DNA from: Bacteroidales bacterium
GTDB lineage: Bacteria; Bacteroidota; Bacteroidia; Bacteroidales; TTA-H9
Reading direction: 5' to 3'
Assembly: GCA_028689615.1 (NCBI GenBank)
Contig: JAQVCV010000012.1
Coordinates: forward strand, 10,241 to 74,240
DNA length: 64,000 bases
Positions 30,287-38,900 of this stretch are shown here, piece by piece (the stretch's first letter is position 1; every line of letters begins with the position of its first letter). Below the pieces are notes generated by a model that was given only the letters and a program-made list of their open reading frames with translations, searched no databases and was not told the origin of the DNA. A program made the translations under genes and the position numbers.

Positions 30287-30330
30287 GATGTTTTCTGTAT
30301 TAATTTGGTCTAAGGGTGAAGATTTAAGAT

Positions 30331-30798
30331 TTAGAAACGGAAATGTGCGAAAGCTTTATTAGCTTCAGCCATTCTGTGGGTATCTTCTTTGCGTTTGAAA
30401 GCAGCACCTTCTTCTTTGAAAGCGGCCAGAACTTCGGCAGCCAATTTATGGCTCATGCTTTTTTCATGACGTTTGCGTGCAAAATTGATCAGGGCTTTCA
30501 TACCGATCGACATTTTGCGTGCAGGACGAATTTCAGATGGGATCTGAAAAGTAGCCCCACCAATTCTACGGCTCCTTACTTCAACAGAAGGGGTGACGTT
30601 GGCGAGAGCTTTCTTCCACACTTCGAGACCATCTTCACCCGATTTCTCGGCAACTACAGCGATGGCATCATAAAAAATCTCGAAGGCCGAATTTTTGTTG
30701 CCCGAGTACATAAGGTTATTCACAAATTTGGTAACCAGAGTATCATTGAACTTAGGATCAGGCAGAATGATGCGTTTTTTTGGTTTAGCTTTCCTCAT
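30331..30798 (-). CDS. rpsG: 30S ribosomal protein S7
   Basis: 155 aa. [27 protein letters not shown]... Confidence 0.98.
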   Translation of the reverse strand: MRKAKPKKRIILPDPKFNDTLVTKFVNNLMYSGNKNSAFEIFYDAIAVVAEKSGEDGLEVWKKALANVTPSVEVRSRRIGGATFQIPSEIRPARKMSIGMKALINFARKRHEKSMSHKLAAEVLAAFKEEGAAFKRKEDTHRMAEANKAFAHFRF

Positions 30799-30831
30799 GG
30801 TAATAAGCTTGAAATGTCAGTTAATCAATGA

Positions 30832-31254
30832 TTATTTTTTCTTCGCAGCAGGTTTACCCCCTTTGGTTGCCGGAGCGGCACCTTTTTTCGGGCGTTTTGT
30901 CCCATACTTTGATCTACGCTGGTTACGACCATCAACACCAGAGGTATCGAGGGCACCACGAACAATGTGATAACGAACACCAGGAAGGTCTTTCACCCTA
31001 CCTCCGCGGATCAACACGATACTGTGTTCCTGAAGGTTGTGACCTTCACCGGGAATATAGGCATTCACTTCTTTCTGGTTTGTCAACCGAACCCTGGCCA
31101 CTTTACGCATGGCGGAGTTGGGCTTTTTAGGGGTAGTAGTGTAAACCCTTACGCAAACGCCGCGACGCTGAGGACATGAGTCCAGCGCAGGCGATTTGCT
31201 CTTGTCAGTCAGGGCCTGACGGCCTTTGCGTACTAACTGCTGAATTGTTGGCAT
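30832..31254 (-). CDS. rpsL: 30S ribosomal protein S12 (with Lys/Ala/Pro-rich C-terminal tail)
   Basis: 140 aa. [13 protein letters not shown]...[19 protein letters not shown]...[20 protein letters not shown]. It ends in [18 protein letters not shown]. Confidence 0.98.
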   Translation of the reverse strand: MPTIQQLVRKGRQALTDKSKSPALDSCPQRRGVCVRVYTTTPKKPNSAMRKVARVRLTNQKEVNAYIPGEGHNLQEHSIVLIRGGRVKDLPGVRYHIVRGALDTSGVDGRNQRRSKYGTKRPKKGAAPATKGGKPAAKKK

Positions 31255-31307
31255 ATCAACACGTTTAAAAAATTTTCAAATAATTTTTACCTTCCGAAAA
31301 GGGAGTG

Positions 31308-31315
31308 CAAAGGTA
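31308..31315 (-). promoter_or_regulatory. Bacteroidota -7 promoter box (TAnnTTTG) proximal to rpsL
   Basis: Plus strand caaaggta equals minus strand TACCTTTG, 54 nt upstream of the rpsL ATG. An ATTG lies 19 nt further upstream in the -33 position. Confidence 0.5.
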
Positions 31316-31364
31316 GAAATTAATTTGTTATTACCAATGTGTTACGATTATTTTTCTGGCCTTA

Positions 31365-31592
31365 GGATGGGGTTCCGGTCACTTGCCGAAACCTGATGCC
31401 TGCACCGGAGGACCCGGACAAGAATTGAGACAATAATAGCAGGCTGCCAGAGAGCGTTTAAGCCCGGCGGACACCTAACCCTCATAGTATCAATCTATCA
31501 GGGCGTCGAAACCTATTATTGTCCAATTTTTCAGGTTTCTTTTCACGGCCTGAGCCGTGATTTCTTGCAAGTTAGGGCTCGTACCCTAAAGC
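31365..31592 (-). ncRNA. Candidate structured RNA element (long rpsL leader or independent small RNA). Class not recognised
   Basis: GC-rich, helix-dense noncoding block in an otherwise AT-rich intergenic region. Helices: 31371-78/31386-93, 31398-403/31439-444, 31429-39/31513-23 (11 bp, perfect), 31479-87/31495-503, 31508-14/31533-39, 31544-49/31554-59, 31572-77/31584-89. Two helices (31371-78/31386-93 and 31403-08/31464-69) close with G:U on the minus-strand transcript but would be C:A mismatches on the plus strand. A -7-like box lies immediately upstream at 31598-31605. Confidence 0.35.
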
Positions 31593-31597
31593 GGCTG

Positions 31598-31605
31598 CAA
31601 AGATA
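31598..31605 (-). promoter_or_regulatory. Distal -7-like box (TAnnTTTG) upstream of the structured element
   Basis: Plus strand caaagata equals minus strand TATCTTTG. No clear -33 TTTG partner was seen. Confidence 0.35.
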
Positions 31606-31686
31606 GATATTTTTCGTTACATACCACTACATTACATAAAATTTTTCTGTAAACGTGGTTTTTCTTTCCTTTGCATTTCCTTTTCC

Positions 31687-32889
31687 ATGCAAAGAAATTT
31701 GAAAAAAAAAAAATTTTTATCGGTCTTGTTTCTTCCCCGATGGTATCCTTACAAGGAAGATCCCATGTTTGGTCTGTTTGTGGAACGGCATGCCCGGTCT
31801 CTTGTCGCCGAAGTATCGGTTAAGGTTCTGTTTGTTCATCCCATCGAGGGGCTCCCAGTTGGATTGCGTTTTGACCACCATTGGAAGAACGGAATAGAAA
31901 CTCTATGTGTTCATTACAACAACAAGCCAACATCTTATCGGCCCATCAACCTGTTGTTATCGCTCGTATCTTATTATAAAGCTACTTTGCAAGGTTACCG
32001 ACTCCTGTACCCCGAAGCTCCGCCTGATCTTTGTCATGTTCACGTTTTAACACGTCCCGCGATACTGGCATTCATGCTTTTTTTGCTCAAGGGCACTCCT
32101 TATATAATAACAGAGCACTGGTCGAGGTACCATTCCAATCTGAAACGCTACAACGGGTTTTTTCGCAAGCGCATCACTTCTCTTATAGCATCGCGGGCTA
32201 AAGCCATCACGGCAGTCTCAAATCATCTGAGAGAGGCTATGATGGAATGTAAAATTAACAACCAACGGTTTCTGATTCTGCCTAATATTGTTGACACCAA
32301 GCTTTTTCATCCCGATAACACGATTCCACCATCAACCATCATAAAAACAATATTGCATATCAGTACTTTTGAAGACAATTCAAAAAATTTAAGCGGAATC
32401 GTAAGAACCATCAAAAAACTATCGGAAATCAGAAGCGATTTTCGGCTCAGACTGGTAGGTTACGGTCCCGATTGGAAAAAAATCAAGGAAATGAGCGATG
32501 AAATGGGCCTGACTAATCGGATTATCGAGTTTCCAGGAATAGCACTTGAAGCCGAAGTAACACGCCAACTGAATAATTCGGCTTTTCTCCTTTTGTTTAG
32601 CAATTATGAAAATCAACCAGTTGTGATTCTGGAAAGTTTTGCATGTGGCAAACCCGTAGTGGCCACTCAGGTAGGGGGAGTAGGCGAAATAGTCAACACC
32701 GAAAGAGGCATCCTTGTAGAACCAGGTAATGAAACAGGATTGCTCAACGCGCTCAACTGCATGTTGTCGAATTATACGGAATACGACAGTAAAAACATCC
32801 GCCGTTATGCAATTGAGAACTTTAGCCAAGAAGTGGTTTCAGAAAAAATGATAGGCCTTTACAAGAGTTCGATCAATTACCGGTCTTAA
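31687..32889 (+). CDS. Glycosyltransferase, GT4 (GT-B fold) family
   Basis: 400 aa. C-terminal half has the typical GT4 pattern: RLVGYGPDW...LLLFSNYENQPVVILESFACGKPVVATQVGGVGEIV...GILVEPGN. Confidence 0.85.
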   Translation: MQRNLKKKKFLSVLFLPRWYPYKEDPMFGLFVERHARSLVAEVSVKVLFVHPIEGLPVGLRFDHHWKNGIETLCVHYNNKPTSYRPINLLLSLVSYYKATLQGYRLLYPEAPPDLCHVHVLTRPAILAFMLFLLKGTPYIITEHWSRYHSNLKRYNGFFRKRITSLIASRAKAITAVSNHLREAMMECKINNQRFLILPNIVDTKLFHPDNTIPPSTIIKTILHISTFEDNSKNLSGIVRTIKKLSEIRSDFRLRLVGYGPDWKKIKEMSDEMGLTNRIIEFPGIALEAEVTRQLNNSAFLLLFSNYENQPVVILESFACGKPVVATQVGGVGEIVNTERGILVEPGNETGLLNALNCMLSNYTEYDSKNIRRYAIENFSQEVVSEKMIGLYKSSINYRS

Positions 32890-33019
32890 CCGGGTTCCTT
32901 AGCAATGACTGGTCAACAGCATCATTCAACCAAAACGGGTTTGCGATTGTTTAGATTCCGATTCTAATCGGGTTTTCTTCATATCCATCGAAGCAATCCT
33001 TTGAATAATCCAATTTGGT

Positions 33020-33027
33020 TATATTTG
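33020..33027 (+). promoter_or_regulatory. Bacteroidota -7 promoter box (TAnnTTTG) for the CcmF-like gene
   Basis: TATATTTG lies 20 nt upstream of the ATG at 33047. A TTTG at 32999-33002 sits 17 nt upstream in the -33 position. Confidence 0.55.
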
Positions 33028-33046
33028 CATATTTCAATACCTCTTT

Positions 33047-35431
33047 ATGACAATACCAAACTATACCGGAGAACATCTGCTGCCCGGAACAATTGGACAA
33101 ATACTGGTTCTACTCTCATTTATCGGATCGATTGTTGCTGCATGGCTTTATTTTCAATCGGTTAAGCAACGTGGCTCACGTTCAGGGTTTCATTACAGGA
33201 AATGGGCACGAATTGTTTACATGGTTCATCTGGCTGCTATTGCAGCAGTTGCAGCAACGCTTTATTACCTGATATTCTATCATTACTTTGAGTATAATTA
33301 TGTTTATAAATACTCATCGCGTGAATTGCCGGTTCAATATATCATTTCGTGTTTTTGAGCCGGCCAGGAGGGGAGTTTCATCGTTTGGGCCTTATGGCAG
33401 GGATTGTTGGGGCTTATTCTCATAAAAACGGGGCACGAATGGGAAACCAGGGTAATGACCATAGTGTCAGTTGCGCAGGTATTTTTAGTATCGACCTTAC
33501 TAGGAGTTCATGTTTTTGGAGTTGCCATCGGACAGAGCCCATTTGCATTGCTTCGTGACGTGATGGGTTCATCGCAGCCCGATTTTTTCAACAATCCGGA
33601 TTATCTGGCCCTGATAGCCGACGGTAACGGCCTGAATCCGCTTCTGGAAAACATCTGGATGACAACCCATCCCCCGATTTTGTTTCTGGGCTACGCGGCC
33701 ATGTTGATACCTTTTGCCTATGCTTTTGCTGGATTGTGGAGATCGAAGCCGACAGAATGGATTAAACCGGCGATGCCCTGGACCTTGTTTTCACTTTTGA
33801 TTCTTGGAATCGGGATTATTCTTGGAGGAATGTGGGCTTATGTTTCGCTGACGTTTGGAGGGTTTTGGGCCTGGGATCCGGTAGAAAACGCATCATTGGT
33901 TCCCTGGATGGTTTTGGTGGCGGCCCTGCATTTTCAACTTGTAGCGCGGAAACAAAACACGAGTCTGGTTTTCGCTGTCATCTTCAGCATGGCAGCTTAT
34001 TTCTTTGTTTTATATGCCAGTTACCTTACCAAAAGCGGGATTCTGGCTGAAACATCGGCGCACTCTTTCGGAGAGAACGGGATGGTAACACAACTAATCA
34101 TAACTTTGTTGGCTTTCCTGATAATTCCCGGGATTCTTGTTTTCAAAAAGTATAAACTGATGGCGGGTCGCCAAAACGAGAACATGGCATCACGCGAGTT
34201 CTGGATGTTTGCCGGCTCGTTGGTCGTCTTGCTGGCAACTTTCCAGATCTTGTTTGTCACTTCAATACCTGTCTGGAACAAACTATTCGGTTTGTCGATA
34301 GCCCCGCCAACAGAAGTTGTGGCTTATTACAACAAATGGCAATCGCCCTACGCTGTGCTTATGCTTTTGGCAATGGGCGTAGGTTCGTACATGCACTACA
34401 AGAGCACCCACCTCAAACGGTTCTTGGTTAAGTCGGGAATAGCTGTGGGGTTCGCCGCTGTTGTAACTACCCTGCTTACCCTCCATGCCCCAATAAACAA
34501 CCCCGTTTATGTTGCTCTGGTTTTTTCGGCTTTATACACCTTATATACATCATTCGAATTATCGATCATGCTTGTTCGACGCTCCATCAGTCCGGGAGGT
34601 ATGGTTTCGCATGCAGGTCTGGCTGTTTTCCTGATTGGGGTGGTGCTTACTTTTTCCAACACGCGAACCATCAGCACCAACACCTCAGGATATTATTTGG
34701 GTGATGAGAAATTCAATCGTGAGAACATCATGCTGGTGAGAGGCGATACGCTGGAGATGGCCGATTACCTTATCACCTATCAGGACACAACCCTGAGAGG
34801 GAATGAGACGTTTTACAAGGTGGCCTTCCTTAAAAGATCCGGCGACCTGGTTGAGAAGCAGTTCGAGCTATGGCCAAGCGTAAACAGGAACACCCGCATG
34901 GGTTACGTTTACAACCCAGCCACTTACAGTCAATTAATGATGGATACCTATACCTACATTGCCTATGCCGAAGACAACCCCGGCTCCACCACTCCGCTTG
35001 GTGGCAAAGAGGTGGCAGTATCAGACACCCTTGTGGCTAAAAATGTCTTAATCAGAGTTGACAGCGTAGGAATTAAAAGTTCAACTAAAGAGGTTGATCC
35101 AGAAAATATTACGCTTACAGCCTACCTGACCTTTATTGACAGAGGAAATGGGAAGTTGGAGCAGGTGAAAACGTCGTACAAGGTCGAGAATGGGATAGCA
35201 GAAAAAATTCCGGGTCGTTCATCAGAATCAGGAATGGAGGTTGTTTTCGAAAGGGTATCAGAGCAACCTGGAAAAATCGTGCTGTCGCTTTTTGAAACAA
35301 GACTCGACTTTATTGTTCTTCATGTTGTTGAAAATCCATACATTAACCTGGTTTGGATTGGCACATTCATCATGTTTACCGGACTTGTAATGGCCATGAT
35401 GAGAAGGATGAGAAAACTAAAAGAAGAATAG
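33047..35431 (+). pseudogene. CcmF/NrfE/CcsA-family heme-handling (WWD) cytochrome c biogenesis protein, interrupted by one in-frame TGA at 33356-33358
   Basis: ORFs 33047..33358 and 33404..35431 are in the same frame, and the sequence between them is open apart from the TGA. The joined translation ...YVYKYSSRELPVQYIISCF*AGQEGSFIVWALW... is colinear with E. coli CcmF ...[30 protein letters not shown].... The WWD heme-handling motif FGGFWAWDPVENASLVPW is present. Pseudogene status is uncertain; the alternatives are an assembly error or readthrough. Confidence 0.7.
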
Positions 35432-35458
35432 CACAAGCATTTACCACCACCTAGTCAA

Positions 35459-35490
35459 GGAAGCAAACTAAGGTTTGCTTCCTTTTTTTT
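35459..35490 (+). terminator. Rho-independent terminator after the CcmF-like gene
   Basis: Perfect 10-bp stem ggaagcaaac (35459-68) / gtttgcttcc (35473-82), loop taag, followed by TTTTTTTT. Confidence 0.85.
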
Positions 35491-35943
35491 GTACCATCCT
35501 CACATGAAAATTGTTTGATCACAAATGAAACTTTTTTCCAAAAATTGAATAAAAGCAACATGACTTTCATTTATAATTGTTTGAAGCAAAATCATGTTAA
35601 AAATATTTCGAAATTACTCAGCGGTTCTAAACTCGAATAAAAAATCTTAACATACTCATTTAAAAATATTTAAAAACAACAACAAAACTCACTTATATAC
35701 AGAATTAGCTGGAGTTCGGCTAAAAACAACGATGAACTACTGCATCTGGCACAAAAAATGGTGCAAACAAAATGGATGGCAAAGGCACTGCAAAACAACA
35801 AAATGCACATCACCTAACAGCAATTCCCAAATTTTTTTTAAAAAAACAGAACCTTCTCCAAGAATCTTTCGTATAAACAGCCATTGGTCTAACATTCGAA
35901 AAACCAATAAACTACGAATGTCGAAAATTATGAAAGAAATTCT

Positions 35944-38900
35944 ATGTTCATTAAATACAACAAGGTCATGAAAAAGATGTATCAATTGATGCTTAAACTT
36001 CTGATTGTCGTTGCAGGAGTTGTGTTTTCGGGAAACCTGGCTGTAGGTCAGAACGCACCCGTGACTACAGCCTTGAACGACACCAGTTGCCTGAACGGGT
36101 TGGTAGAGATCCCTGTTACAGTTTCAAGCTTTAACCAGATCAAAGGGTTGGCTCTTCATTTAGATTTAGACCCTACGAAATTGGATTACCTGACATACAC
36201 GCAGGTAAACCCAAATTTGCCTGGTCTGAACGTTTCTTATCAACTGCAGGCCATTGGCCTGGCAGAATTGTATGCTATTTGGGCCGGAGCGACCGCGGTT
36301 GACCTGCCGGATGGCGATACCTTATTTGTTTTACAATTCACGCTGACAGGGAGCAGCGCATCACTCTCCTTTAACAATACCGCAAATGGAGGAACCGACT
36401 GTCAATACATCGACCAGAACGGTTCCCCGTTGAACGACGAACCAACAGCAGACTATTACCACAATGCCGCTGTACAGATCTACAGCACACCTGGTCAGCC
36501 ATCCACAATTGTAGGGAATGTCAGCCCGTGTAAAGCCACTGCACAAAATTATGTGGTTACTCAGGTTCCTGGCACAACTTACCAATGGGAATTTCCCTCA
36601 GGATGGACCATTGTAAACGGCCAAGGCACCAACAGTGTAACGGTAACCACAGGAGAGACCAGTGGCAACATCACCGTGACGCCATCAAATCAATGTGGCA
36701 CACAAGGCCCGGCCAGAACCCTGGCAGTGTCGGTAATGAGTGTTCCCGCCCAACTTTCACCCATCACAGGGCCATCGAGTCCGTGCAATGGTTCAACCAT
36801 AACCTACTCAGTCACTCCGGCAGCAGGAGTTGACTATACATGGTCAATTCCAGCAGGCTCCACTATTATCTCCGGACAAGGAACCAATGCACTGGTTATC
36901 ACTGTTGGACCAACTTCCGGAATCATCAAAGTCACCCCTTCAACTGTTTGTGGCGCAGGTATTCCCTCGCAAAAAAATCTGACTCCGGTTGTGATTCCCA
37001 CAGTTGCTCCGGTCATTACAGGACATCAGTACCCTTGCAAAAACTCTGACAAAACATACAGTGTAGCAGCCACTCCCGGTACGACCTATGTATGGACAGT
37101 CCCTTCGGGCTACACCATGCTTTCGGGACAGGGAACACCTAATCTGACTATCCGAACCGGAATCAACAGTGGAACAATTCAGGTGACCCCTTCAAACAGT
37201 TGTGGAACAGGCGTTGCCGGTTCGTTATTAATTGAACCTCAAGACTTGCCCACCGATCCGGGAACCATTACCGGAGAGGCCACCCCGTGCGAAACAAGTA
37301 CACAGATTTACAGTGTCATCGAAAATCCTATATACACCTACACATGGACGGTTCCAGGAGACTGGTCGATTAACTCCGGACAAGGAACCGATTCGGCTCA
37401 CGTCACTGTAGGCCAAATAGGAGGACCCATACAAGTAGCTTCCACCAACGACTGCGGCACCGGACCTGCCTCGGTACTGATTGCATCCATCAGAAGCCTT
37501 CCTGGCACAGCTACCGGTGTTGCAGGCAACACCAGCCCCTGTACCGGTAATACCGAAAGCTACACCGTTGACAACCTTCCTGGCGTAACCTTTAACTGGG
37601 ATATTCCATCTGATTGGGTTATAACCTACGGACAAGGGACCGACTCGATTGCTGTTACAGTTGGGACTGCTGCCGGTACAATTGTGGCAACACCTCAAAA
37701 CTCCTGCGGTTCAGGTACAGGCGACACTTTAGAGGTTCAAATTGGCCAGGTACCTGGCATCGCCACCCCTATCCAGGGATCAGCAACACCCTGTCAGGGA
37801 GCTTTAAGAAATTACTACGTTACATCTGTTGCCGGGATTACCTACCAATGGACAGTTCCAACCAACTGGCAGATAGTTTCGGGACAGGGAACAAGTGTTA
37901 TCACGGTACTTGTGGGAACCGACGCAGGGATTATTCAGGTTGTTCCAGCCAATCAATGTGGAAATGGGCCTGCGCGTACAAAAGCAGTTACTCCAACCCT
38001 GTTGCCAACCCAGCCTGCTGCCATTTCGGGGAATGCACAACCCTGCAGCGGCATTTCGACAAGCTACAGTGTAGCTTCTCAAACAGGCATTACCTATACA
38101 TGGGTTGTCCCCACAGGCTGGATAATCTCCAACGGACAAGGCACCTCCACCATAACGGTAACCACAGGAACCGCAGGTGGTGACATCACGGTTACTCCTT
38201 CAAACATCTGTGGAGCAGGCACACCACAAACCCTCACTACTACCCTTGCAACAGTTCCTGACCAACCTTCGGCTGTTTCGGGCGAACCTCAACCATGCCA
38301 GGGAAATGAAGAATATTATGAGGTTGTTCAGGTTACCGGAGTTGATTACAACTGGACCGTACCGGCAGACTGGATCCTTACATCGGGACAGGGCACAAAC
38401 GGCATTTTAGTAACGGTGGGAGCTGTTGCAGGAAACATTACAGCAGTACCTTCCAACACCTGTGGGAATGGACTACCATCAACTCTTGCAGTTACCGCAA
38501 TCATTCCCCCAACTCAACCATCGCCCATTACGGGCCCCAACAACCCGTGTGAAGGACAAACACTCACCTACTCGGTGAATAACGTTGCAGGGATAACCTA
38601 TACTTGGCAATTCCCGTCGGGATGGATCATCAACAACGGACAAGGCACAAACACCATCCAGGTGATTGCCGGATCGAATTCGGGCAACATCAGTGTTACG
38701 CCGGAAAACAGTTGCGGGCAGGCCAATCCTCAATTGCTGGCTGTTACCGTATCACCAGTACCATCACAACCCTCGGTTATTACAGGATTAAACAACCCAT
38801 GTGTCAATTCTATTCAAGCATATAGTGTTGAAGAAGTTACAGGATTGAACTATCAATGGAGCTTCCCATCAGGATGGGGTATTGTTTCAGGGCAGGGAAC

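Noticed and set aside
31255-31686. Identity of the structured element upstream of rpsL as RNase P, tmRNA, SRP or 6S RNA
   Set aside because: Its length of about 230 nt and the absence of the conserved cores listed above argue against RNase P, tmRNA and SRP. I did not see a 6S-like long closing stem with a central bubble. It is kept as an unclassified candidate.
33356-33358. Genome-wide reassignment of TGA to Trp (code 4 or 25-like) as an explanation for the in-frame TGA
   Set aside because: Several well-supported genes in the window terminate at TGA at the expected protein end. Examples are the giant protein, which has a terminator hairpin right after, plus rfbC and the transglycosylase. All other long ORFs lack internal TGA. 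The TGA at 10533-10535 lies in an already truncated gene remnant and does not support recoding.
33349-33558. 69-aa ORF overlapping the junction of the two CcmF-like ORFs
   Set aside because: It is out of frame relative to the conserved CcmF-like reading frame, which continues uninterrupted except for the single TGA.
35732-35985. 79-aa (plus) and 82-aa (minus) ORFs in the AT-rich region upstream of the giant gene
   Set aside because: Both are Lys/Asn/Cys-rich or Phe/Leu/Ile-rich low-complexity translations typical of AT-rich noncoding DNA. They mutually overlap on opposite strands and have no promoter or start context.
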